A DNA stretch of 63,949 nt, filler included, from Octopus bimaculoides (taxonomy: Eukaryota), in the NCBI RefSeq assembly GCF_001194135.2. It is 6 parts of 6 records of this genome, joined end to end, with 100 filler letters (N's around TTAATTAATTAA, not from the genome) between each part and the next. Parts side by side here need not be neighbours in the genome. Positions count along the whole stretch, not along the records: positions 1 to 12,800 come from NC_068986.1; positions 12,901 to 31,569 come from NC_068998.1; 4 more parts are not named here. One strand, 5' to 3'. This document shows positions 12,457 to 23,956 of this stretch, in pieces. The notes beneath the pieces are model-generated. The model saw only the letters and a program-made list of their open reading frames with translations. It did no database searches and was not told the origin of the DNA. The position numbers and the translations under genes are program-made. Position 1 is the first letter of the stretch. The number at the start of each line of letters is the position of its first letter.

Positions 12457-12800
12457 GGAGTAGGTAGTAACTCTATAAGATGTACCCGGTGCAAGCTATG
12501 GACACATAAGAGGTGCAGCAACATCAAAGGCAGGTTAACTAGGAAGTTAGTTTTTGTTTGTGGCAGATGTTCAGGTGCAATAAAGACTGTAAACAAACAG
12601 GAAACAACTTCTATCTCATTCCAGGGTGAAAAACTAGAGGTAGTCAATAGCTTCCGCTATCTGGGCGACCAAGTTAGTAGTGGGGGTGGGTGCGCTGAAA
12701 GTGTAGCTGCTAGAATAAGAATTGCCTGGGCAAAGTTTAGAGAGCTCTTACCCCTGCTGGCGACAAAGGGACTCTCACTCAGAGTAAAAGGCAGACTGTA
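12457..12800 (+). mobile_element. RTE-clade LINE ORF2 fragment (PHD-like Cys/His finger plus RT C-terminal YLG region), open for 114 codons to the gap
   Basis: GVGSNSIRCTRCKLWTHKRCSNIKGRLTRKLVFVCGRC...EKLEVVNSFRYLGDQVSSGGGCAESVAARIRIAWAKFRELLPLLATKGLSLRVKGRL; not in the ORF track because it has no start codon. Confidence 0.88.
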
Positions 12801-12900
12801 NNNNNNNNNNNNNNNNNNNNNNNNNNNNNNNNNNNNNNNNNNNNTTAATTAATTAANNNNNNNNNNNNNNNNNNNNNNNNNNNNNNNNNNNNNNNNNNNN

Positions 12901-12938
<38 letters not shown>

Positions 12939-13511
12939 ATATAGTAACTGTCATACATGTGTACGTGCGTTCGTGAGTATGCGTGTGTGTACTTGTGTGT
13001 TCATCAATGTTAAGTGAATAATTTAATAGACCTGTTAATCTCCTTATTATGGTAAAGTGTACCTCAAAGGAAATAATCTATTCTATGAAAGACACGTGAC
13101 CAAGACTTAAATATATTTGTCGAACGTAAACCCATCGTTATATGTCTAATAACCTTCCAACTATCAACAAATAATTAACGTTATATTGGAAAATCCAGGG
13201 CTGTGCTAACAATCTAAGTTTTAATAGATGGGACCCAGAGAATCATTTCACACAGAGAGATGTTTAAATACTTATCCGTGTTTGACCCCTATTCGGGTTT
13301 CTCCATCCGAGATTCTGAAGTTCGTTCGTCGGTTAAAATGTTGGAATTCCGTCGGTTTCAACGACCAGAATTGCAGTTGGTCTGATCGATGGAACAGCCT
13401 GCTCGTGAAATTAATATGTAAGTGGCTGAGTACTCCACGGACATGCATACGTTTAACGTAGTTCCCGGGTTAGTTTCTGCGTGACAGAGAATGTGTCAAA
13501 GTTTTGGTTGA

Positions 13512-13547
13512 CAGACGAACGGGAACGTGAAACTCTGAGTAACAGTT
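13512..13547 (+). ncRNA. Degenerate paralog of the 12282 hammerhead
   Basis: CAGACGA-ACG GGAA CGU-GAAA-CUCUGAG-UA-ACAGUU: stems II and III intact, core U4 changed to A, stem I 5' strand lost; downstream flank resembles 12330-12350. Confidence 0.55.
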
Positions 13548-13566
13548 TTTACGATGTTTTTGTAGC

Positions 13567-13648
<82 letters not shown>

Positions 13649-13933
13649 NNNNNNNNNNNNNNNNNNNNNNNNNNNNNNNNNNNNNNNNNNNNNNNNNNNN
13701 NNNNNNNNNNNNNNNNNNNNNNNNNNNNNNNNNNNNNNNNNNNNNNNNNNNNNNNNNNNNNNNNNNNNNNNNNNNNNNNNNNNNNNNNNNNNNNNNNNNN
13801 NNNNNNNNNNNNNNNNNNNNNNNNNNNNNNNNNNNNNNNNNNNNNNNNNNNNNNNNNNNNNNNNNNNNNNNNNNNNNNNNNNNNNNNNNNNNNNNNNNNN
13901 NNNNNNNNNNNNNNNNNNNNNNNNNNNNNNNNN

Positions 13934-13983
<50 letters not shown>

Positions 13984-15228
13984 GTATATATGTATAAGGA
14001 CATCAGTGGTTCCAAATTCACAACAGCTGTTTCGGCAGCATTTTATTGAAACATTCTTAGATTACATCATAGCAAAAACCCGCCATCGTGAGGTAATTTT
14101 TTTACACCTAAACAGGTGACGTAGTAACAGAAGATGACACGTTCACCAATTGTCATGATGAACACAGTTAAACTATGTTACCAACAAATGACAACTGAGG
14201 GTTGTTTTACCTTACTGTGAGCTCAATACTAAGTACCCAGCCACTGCTGGCGACCTAAAGCGTGGTATGAAGTTCAACAAGTGTTAGAACACTCGATCGG
14301 TGAAGAGAATAGAGTTATTAATATAAACCACACAAAATTTATGTGAAATTCAACTACCCCGGGTTTTCTCGTCAGGATATTAAATTTATTTCACCATTTC
14401 TCAAGCTGGTAATGTCAACATGGTGGGTTAGCTGTTTCAGACACACACAGAAACACACACACACACACATATACACGTACGACGCACGCACACTCAAATA
14501 AGCATATATAAACACATACGTACATATATAAATATATCCATACACACATATATACATGGATATATATATATATATACATATACACACACACACATATACA
14601 TACATGCATACACACGCACGCACACACATACACACACATGCATATACGTAAATGCAGACTTGTTGAATATGCACCCCGCCCTATTGTTTTAGTTTTTCTT
14701 TTTAAAAAAATATTTTCGGATTCTTATGTTTCCAACAACGGAGATTACTACTTGGCTCCCAAAACTTTTCAAAAATTCAATTTCACTCCCACACTCTCAA
14801 ATTCGTTTTCGTTTTTAAATATTATTCAGACATGTTCTTTTTTTCTGTTTTCTTTTTTTTTTTTTTTNNNNNNNNNNTTTCCATATTTAAAAATACGGAG
14901 ATTACAAATCTAAAAGGAAAAATTTAAATTAAAATTTTTCAAACATTTCCACCACCCTCGCATCCGGCTTCCATTGAAAGTATTCACACCTGCTCAACAT
15001 CAACATTTCGGAATTTTTTAAAAACTTGTCCGTTTACTTGCGCCTGCGTGAATGACTTCCGAATGATAAGCCACAGAGTACGTAAAGAAAGCTTCAACAT
15101 GATGGCTAGACATTCTAGAAATAACTGCTAAATCTCCCTCAAACCACGAATATATTGCGTCTTATAAAATGAAAAGAAAACATCGGACAATCTGAATGGA
15201 TAGAGTTGGGGTTTAGTCTTGCAGATAC

Positions 15229-15535
15229 GGATTAGGATTAGTGTAAGGATTTAGGTTTAAGGTTTTGGAGCTAGGATTTAGAGTTAGGGTTAGTGGTTAA
15301 AGTAAACATTTAGGACTTCTGGTAAACGTTTAGGGTTCGAGTTAGTAATTAGTTAAGGATTTAGGGTTTAAGTTTAGGGTTAGCAATTAAGATTAGGGTT
15401 AAGATTTAGGGTTAGACTTAAGTTAAGATTGGGATTAGGATTAGGGTTTAAGGCTAGAATTTAGGTTTGAGAATTATGGTTGAGATTAAGAGTTAAGGTT
15501 TTAGTGTTAGGGTTTACAGCTAGGGATTAAGGTTT
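15229..15535 (+). repeat. Degenerate interstitial telomere-like (TTAGGG) tract
   Basis: About eight exact TTAGGG units among TTAGG, TTAAGG and TTAGAG variants over ~300 bp, with strong G-strand asymmetry. Confidence 0.75.
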
Positions 15536-16001
15536 AATCACAATTTCTACACGTTCAACGTGAAATTCCGAAACGCATTTTCGAAAACCAGAAAAAAAAA
15601 AAAAATGAAATGGAAGAATTTCGCCGATTTAAAAGAGAAATTAAAATTTTGAATATTTTTTTGTTGCTTTTTTCGCAAAATCGAACTTTTTCTGAAAACT
15701 TAGCAATCCGAATAAATTATATAAATTATTGGGTGAGGAACATTTGATAGTTATTTGGCTGGACTTTCTAGCATGTACATCGATAGCTAGGCAACACTAG
15801 ACAATTTACAAGTCGCAGAATCAGGCCACTGCACCAGTATAAATAAACTACGCCACCCTTAGTTTGTATCTTCTCAGGACCGCTTCATATCGGCGGATGT
15901 ATAAAAATATATATAGCTACCCACGTTCTTTTCATTTCACTTTCTGCTCTCACCTTCTGTTCGTTCCTCCATTTCCTCTTCTCCGGCCTTTCTTCTCTGC
16001 A

Positions 16002-16034
16002 TATCCGATGAAGAGCTATATCCGAAACGTCATA
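16002..16034 (+). ncRNA. Hammerhead-like motif with U4C core variant
   Basis: UAU-CCGAUGA-A-GAGCUAUAUCC-GAAA-CG-UC-AUA: ACGU palindrome and GUC triplet; stems I and II are weak. Confidence 0.4.
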
Positions 16035-16147
16035 CTTTTAATTTTAATCTTATCTCTGAAACTTTCATCGATCGTCATACAAATAATATTCACTGTGATC
16101 GCCCCTTTGACATTTGTTTTTGAATTCGTCGTTCATAATCGATTTCC

Positions 16148-16192
<45 letters not shown>

Positions 16193-16862
16193 CGCGCGCG
16201 CGCATTATTATTTACCAGAAGTAAAACAAAGTGACTCAAGGACTGAGAGAGTTCCGTGCGTTGGCACTTATCAAATTAGTTATATANNNNNNNNNNNNNN
16301 NNNNNNNNNNNNNNNNNNNNNNNNNNNNNNNNNNNNNNNNNNNNNNNNNNNNNNNNNNNNNNNNNNNNNNNNNNNNNNNNNNNNNNNNNNNNNNNNNNNN
16401 NNNNNNNNNNNNNNNNNNNNNNNNNNNNNNNNNNNNNNNNNNNNNNNNNNNNNNNNNNNNNNNNNNNNNNNNNNNNNNNNNNNNNNNNNNNNNNATATAT
16501 ATATATATATATATATATACATACATATATTATCTATCTATCTATCTATCTATCTACCTATCTAAAATTATATATCATACATATGTTAATACACTCAAAC
16601 ACACACACACATATATATAATCATAATATGTGGCTGGATTTTATCAACAAATGCGCTTCCGTATTAGCTGTAATTATATATCAATGTATATATCGTATCG
16701 TTGTTCAGCAGAATTCTCCATTTTTATTGAGCCCGCTCGTTAATCGCTTTATTTATAACATAACTATTTTTGGCCACAGAACTCCGAAATATTTCTCCGT
16801 ATAATTACCCCATATATATACACACATACGGATACACGTATATACATACATACATACATACA

Positions 16863-16955
<93 letters not shown>

Positions 16956-17424
16956 AATCATCTAAATACATACATATATATACGTATGACAGTGACATGT
17001 GAATGTGATGGCTGTGTAGCAATTTCCTGAACAATGAACTCAGCTGTTTAGGTTTCAGCTCCCAGTTGGGTACCTCTGAAATCTTACCCTCGCATCTACG
17101 TCCTATTCTTGTAGCCTAGACACACTGGCTGCTGCCTGTCACTGTTGTTGCTGTTGCTGTTGTTGTCGTGTTGTAAATAGTTTTATGTAGAGTAACGATG
17201 AAATATTGAAGTTTGACAGACTTGAGATATTACAATATGTTATGGTTGCTGTTGTTGTTGCTGTTGCTTTTGTTGTTGTTATGTTTGTAGTTGGGGGTTA
17301 GTAATGGTATTGGTGGTGGTGATGGTAGGGTGTAAGGTGGGTGGGGTTTAGTTAGGAATGCTGTATTGTAGTGTAATAGTAAACATACCCGTCAGTCTTG
17401 AACGGGGTCGTTGGTTCTTCGTAA

Positions 17425-17810
17425 AATTTTCTGCTGGCAGAATTGGCAACGCGTCTGAAAAGATTGTTTTGTTCTATTTTTCCAACTCCGTGTGTTCTGA
17501 GTTCAAATCCAGCCGAGGTAAATTTTCTCACCAACAGTAGAAATGAAGTACAAGTTAAATACTGGGGTCGAGAGTACGACCACTCAAAATTTTTGGCCTG
17601 GCAGAATCGTTAGCACACTTGGCGAAATGTTTAGCAGTGCTTTGTGTGCCTCTACGTTCTGAATTCAAATTCCGCCGAGGTCGATTTTGCGTTTTATTCT
17701 TTCAGGTTCGATATAATAAGTACCAGTTACGCATTGGGGGCAGGGAACGATGTAATCTACTATACCCCTTCCACAAAAATTTTCAAGGCCTTGTGCCTAG
17801 AGTAGAAATA
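17425..17810 (+). mobile_element. Two tandem family A tRNA-derived SINE copies with an (AAT)n tail
   Basis: GGCAGAATCGTTAGCAC..GTTCTGAATTCAAATTCCGCCGAGGTCGATTTTGC..AAGTACCAGTTACGCATTGGGG..GGCCTTGTGCC. Confidence 0.8.
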
Positions 17811-18289
17811 AAAATAATGATAATAATAATAATAAGAAGAAGAATTATTCGTGGTAGACCTCTCTACAAAAGGTCCTGGGGTATCATTTTGGCTGAGTCC
17901 TTTACACTTCAGGCTATTAATCGATGCTAGAAATAGCAGTTACTAGAATGTAGCACATTGGAAGTGACTCAAAGAAGAACCGAACCTGCAGCTATGACAA
18001 TAACTAAGTAACATTTATACGGTACTCACTCACCACACATCTGAACAATTCTGTCTTCAAATTCACCTTCGTTACGTTTTAAGCTGTAACATCTGTTCGT
18101 GTCCTCTTTCCCTTGGCTTGAACTATTAACTGTAGGGGAAGACCTCGCAGTAAAAAAAAAACAACAACTTTTTTTTAATGTATTTTCTTCTTATAATGCC
18201 ACCCACAATAGGAAGAAAACATTGTGACAGGTATCAATTTTCTCAGACGATCCTAATATTCTACAGTATTAAGGTAATAAAAACGATAA

Positions 18290-18418
18290 ACGTCGCCCTT
18301 TCAAAGCCTAGCCAGGATCATGGGCCCGGTTTCCCGGTTTCTATGGCGGATGTGTATCAAAACCGCGATCCTCCGACCGCGAGTTCGCTGCCCTAACCAC
18401 TGGGCCATTGCGCCTCCA
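18290..18418 (-). mobile_element. Internally deleted tRNA-headed SINE (family C-like)
   Basis: Minus strand GGAGGCGCAATGGCCCAGTGGTTAGGGCAGCGAACTCGCGGTCGGAGGATCGCGGTT carries an A-box (TGGCCCAGTGG) and a tRNA-like head. Confidence 0.6.
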
Positions 18419-18549
18419 ACATATTAAGGTAATAGAATGTAATAAATAGCTGAGATGTATAACTTGTGGGACACAAAATTCCCGGAGAAAAACTTCATTT
18501 GAAATAATATACATACATGCGCGCGCGTGTGTGTGTATATATCGTTTAT

Positions 18550-18772
18550 GCTTTACTTGTTCCAGTCATTAGACTGTGGCCATGCTGGAGCACTACATTG
18601 AAGAATTCTAGGCCAATGATTCGACTCCAGCACTTCATTTATTTATCTATTTATTTATTGAAGCCTGGTGCTTATTCTATCGGTCTCCGAGCCGAACCGC
18701 TAAGTTACGAGGACGTAAACACACCAAAACCAGTTGTTAAGCGGTGGTGGAGGACAAACAAATCTATGATTT
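18550..18772 (-). mobile_element. SINE family B 3' half
   Basis: CAGTCATTAGACTGTGGCCATGCTGGAGCAC..TTATTCTATCGGTCTC..GCCGAACCGCTAAGTTACG. Confidence 0.8.
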
Positions 18773-18945
18773 TCTCCATTTTCTAATTATTTGTATTGGC
18801 TCCTGATAAACTCCTGTTTGTCCTGTTGTCACCTACACTCTACGTGTATAGTGTGCCTGCACACCAATGCCCGGGGTTAACACGGGTAATGGATACCAAT
18901 AGTATGTAGGGATATTTTATTCCTTAGTCGGTTATTATAACCACT

Positions 18946-19000
<55 letters not shown>

Positions 19001-19208
19001 NNNNNNNNNNNNNNNNNNNNNNNNNNNNNNNNNNNNNNNNNNNNNNNNNNNNNNNNNNNNNNNNNNNNNNNNNNNNNNNNNNNNNNNNNNNNNNNNNNNN
19101 NNNNNNNNNNNNNNNNNNNNNNNNNNNNNNNNNNNNNNNNNNNNNNNNNNNNNNNNNNNNNNNNNNNNNNNNNNNNNNNNNNNNNNNNNNNNNNNNNNNN
19201 NNNNNNNN

Positions 19209-19244
<36 letters not shown>

Positions 19245-20289
19245 TCAGCATTATCTAACGTATATTCCATTTTCCTTTTTTTTTGTTTTTGTTTTGAAGA
19301 CGATGTAGCATGGTTTTTAGGTAAATTTGGCTGATATTTCTCGCAGGTCGACTAATTACTTAGAGGTTGCCTCGTTTGCTCGAGGACCACATGGTGTTTA
19401 GCGGATGAGATATAAATCACCTACTGAAGAGAGCGTCAATTCTAAGCCAAACCATATTCCCAGATGATCTGCTACCTATTTCCGGCAGCCATGTGAACTA
19501 TGGTGCGTATAATTAAGTTAACTGCCTATATGCCAAGAAAGAAACTCTCGCAATGTACTGTATTTGATCTCAATAACTTTGACCTGCTCGTAGTTTGACG
19601 AACTCCAACGAGCTGGCGTTGGGAGTGGAGTTGTGCTGGAATGGACTGCTTTTTTTTTGTTTTTGTTTTTTAGTTAGTACTGAACTCCCGTTAATGTTAT
19701 ATTAAGCGATGAGAGTCAATGAGAGACACATAATCCGCATTTGTACACCCATTACACGGAATGGGACGACGGTCTACCGAGAGTAACTTTTACCCCAAAT
19801 TGCTGGTAAGTATTGAAGAAAATTTTGTTGGTCGGCAAATTTGACTTACCTCACATTCAACAGCCTCTTCATGTTCCAGTGAGGAATAGGAAAAACAAAA
19901 TCGGTTTCGTACCGTATGAACTTAAACTTAATGAAGGTGGGTATAATAACTTTGCAGAAAAATATCTTAAACATGATTAACACATGTTATTGTCAGGAAC
20001 ATGAAACAAGAAAATCCAAAGACTTATTCTACGGTGACGAGACGGAGCTAATAAAATATGTTAAATAATCAAAAAAAAAAAAAAGATAAAAATAATACAG
20101 CATTGTATCCAGTTTAAACCATCACACCTTCAGTTCTTGGCGGGGTAGGGTCGTCTTGTGGGCCTATCTGAAAACCGTTATAAGATACCTAAAGCTTAGT
20201 CTTTGCTCTTGTAACGAAATATCTAGTTTCGTTATCTCACCCATGTTCTTCTGGTCCTGTATATGTTCTTGTAGACCAGCTTATGGTTT

Positions 20290-20470
20290 TAATGCAGCTT
20301 AGGGTGTTGCACTCACGATTGTAAGAACGCGGTTTCGATTCCGGGACAGGACAGTGATTGCATTCATGAGCAAAACACTTCACTGTATGTTGCTCCACTT
20401 CACTGCAAATGATTTCCAGCAATAGTTGACATGTTAACCCTGCGACTGACCGACATCCCATTCAGAGGAG
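20290..20470 (+). mobile_element. tRNA-derived SINE family C (another copy at about 27480-27630 on the minus strand)
   Basis: TTAGGGTGTTGCACTCACGAT..GGTTTCGATTCC..GAGCAAAACACTT..GTTGCTCCA..CCCTGCGACTGACCGACATCCCATTCAG; the same motifs appear in reverse complement at 27480-27630. Confidence 0.65.
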
Positions 20471-20661
20471 ATTATTGTAATTTCAATCAATTATACGTCA
20501 AGGAATCCGTTTTAAGCTTCACCCTTATCAGTCTAAAGGCACATAACACTAAAGTGTAATGGCTTTCCATTCTAATCCAGTGGCTCTCAACTGGGGTCCA
20601 TATGAACCTTGGGCGGCCATATAAGATATTGTTGGGATATAATTGTTTACACACACACACG

Positions 20662-20979
<318 letters not shown>

Positions 20980-20997
20980 CATACATATGTGTGTATG

Positions 20998-21038
<41 letters not shown>

Positions 21039-21161
21039 GCATATATATGTGTATACATACATAGACATATATATATGTATATAATATATGTACACATACA
21101 AGTGTGTGTGTATATTTATATATATGTATGCATATATATATATATATATATATATGTATAT

Positions 21162-21207
<46 letters not shown>

Positions 21208-21246
21208 GGATATATATATATATATATATATAAAGTCTGTCATACC

Positions 21247-21286
21247 GGCCATGACGAAGGGAAATAGCCCTGAAACTCGAGTCGCC
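21247..21286 (+). ncRNA. Hammerhead-like motif, third family (core with one extra A)
   Basis: GGC-C(A)UGACGA-AGGG AAAUAG CCCU-GAAA-CUCGAG-UC-GCC: 4-bp stem II, perfect palindrome ACUCGAGU, GUC triplet, 3-bp stem I. Confidence 0.62.
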
Positions 21287-22768
21287 TTTATATATTTATA
21301 TTTATATATTTGATCCTTTATATTGAACACTCAATATTTCATCTACATTCAATACTTTCTTTCACGGTGCCATCCATTTTTATTTTATTTTATTTTATAT
21401 TATATATTGTATATTATATTAAATATTGTATATTCCATATTCTATACCCCACATTGGTTCTGCAGGAATATAAATAAAACATAAAAAAACAGACAGTGTT
21501 GGAACTCTTTTAAACAAAATAATATATTCCTCTATACACAATCATACAAAAAACCCACCTTTTTTGTATTTATTTTTACTCGCATATATATATATATATA
21601 TATGCATATTTACACGCTATATATACATACATATGTGCGTGTGTGTATGAGCTTGTATGAGTTAGAGGTTTCTCAGACTCAAACCAATGTATAGTGTGGC
21701 TACACATTGTTATTGTTGAAATCCACCCATCGTTGTGATTTCTATGTCAGGAAGATTAATCACTGTTTTATAGCGAAAGCCATTGTTACCAATATCGAGA
21801 AAATGAAGGGTAGAAAAAGAGGTGCTCAAGGGTGGGACAACACGAGGGATAATGAGGGAGAAATACTTACTGTTGACCTACCTTTCCAATTAATCATGAT
21901 CAAATACTCCGAGTTTGCAGAATAATTAACCGATGCAGAATAAGTTTTCGGTCGATAGTGAAACAGTTAAATACGTCTGGAAACAGTTCGTTTGATAAAT
22001 GCATGTCTATGTCTGTCTGTCCCTGTATATACATATATATATATATGTATATATATNNNNNNNNNNNNNNNNNNNNNNNNNNNNNNNNNNNNNNNNNNNN
22101 NNNNNNNNNNNNNNNNNNNNNNNNNNNNNNNNNNNNNNNNNNNNNNNNNNNNNNNNNNNNNNNNNNNNNNNNNNNNNNNNNNNNNNNNNNNNNNNNNNNN
22201 NNNNNNNNNNNNNNNNNNNNNNNNNNNNNNNNNNNNNNNNNNNNNNNNNNNNNNNNNNNNNNNNNNNNNNNNNNNNNNNNNNNNNNNNNNNNNNNNNNNN
22301 NNNNNNNNNNNNNNNNNNNNNNNNNNNNNNNNNNNNNNNNNNNNNNNNNNNNNNNNNNNNNNNNNNNNNNNNNNNNNNNNNNNNNNNNNNNNNNNNNNNN
22401 NNNNNNNNNNNNNNNNNNNNNNNNNNNNNNNNNNNNNNNNNNNNNNNNNNNNNNNNNNNNNNNNNNNNNNNNNNNNNNNNNNNNNNNNNNNNNNNNNNNN
22501 NNNNNNNNNNNNNNNNNNNNNNNNNNNNNNNNNNNNNNNNNNNNNNNNNNNNNNNNNNNNNNNNNNNNNNNNNNNNNNNNNNNNNNNNNNNNNNNNNNNN
22601 NNNNNNNNNNNNNNNNNNNNNNNNNNNNNNNNNNNNNNNNNNNNNNNNNNNNNNNNNNNNNNNNNNNNNNNNNNNNNNNNNNNNNNNNNNNNNNNNNNNN
22701 NNNNNNNNNNNNNNNNNNNNNNNNNNNNNNNNNNNNNNNNNNNNNNNNNNNNNNNNNNNNNNNNNNNN

Positions 22769-22799
<31 letters not shown>

Positions 22800-23214
22800 C
22801 GTACATATATATACACACATATATACATATATGCATATACATACAGACACACACACACACATACACACACATATATACATATATACCCTTATATATAGTA
22901 ATAGTTAGGTGAGTTAAGTGCTATTATCTTCAGAAGTTGTATCGTTGACAACCACTTTGAAATACGATGAGGAAGGTGCGGGGTTCTGATAGAGGCGAGG
23001 AAGATGACTAAAGGAATGTAATATAGCAAATGTTTTCGGTAAAATATTTTAACTTGTTGCACATGTTCTCCCAATAGTCAACATATCCGGACTAGGCACC
23101 ATCATGAGTGAGGTATTAGTATCTATTTATCTCTCTTTCTCCTTTCCTCCCTCCTTTTATTTTCCTCTTCCTTCTCATCTCTCTTACAATCGGTGTGTTT
23201 CTGTTTACACATAT

Positions 23215-23287
<73 letters not shown>

Positions 23288-23547
23288 ACGTGTGTGAGTG
23301 TGCGCACGCCCGCGGTTTACTCTGTATGTGTGTCTGTATAACTATTTCTTTGAGCGACAATCTTTGTGCGTTTATATAAATACATACATACATACATACA
23401 TACACATATATATACATATACATATATGCATATATATGCACATATACATATATATACATATACATAGACATATATAGAGATATGTATATATATGTATGCG
23501 TATATAATGTATATATAGACACACATACACGCATACGCACACACACA

Positions 23548-23584
<37 letters not shown>

Positions 23585-23660
23585 TAAAATCAATATATTC
23601 ACATTTTGTTCATCTGTCTGCGCATATATTAGTTTGTTGACCTACCCACGTACACACGTA

Positions 23661-23696
<36 letters not shown>

Positions 23697-23812
23697 CCTC
23701 TCTGTCTCTCTCTTGTATCTCTGGTTCTCTCTCCTTTATTTATGTCTGTGTGTGTGTACATGTATTATGACCACAGCTCATGAGCTGAAACCGGTTCAAT
23801 TCAATTCAATAT

Positions 23813-23853
<41 letters not shown>

Positions 23854-23910
23854 NNNNNNNNNNNNNNNNNNNNNNNNNNNNNNNNNNNNNNNNNNNNNNN
23901 NNNNNNNNNN

Positions 23911-23956
<46 letters not shown>

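Noticed and set aside
12845-12856. TTAATTAATTAA flanked by N runs (also 31614, 58199, 60479, 62720)
   Set aside because: The identical 12-mer centred in similar-sized gaps, with stops in all six frames, is a scaffolding linker and not biology.
21900-22912. Long ORFs spanning N gaps (also around 36.3-37.4, 39.2-41.6, 42.0-42.8 and 59.0-60.1 kb)
   Set aside because: They are open only because N and dinucleotide repeats contain no stops.
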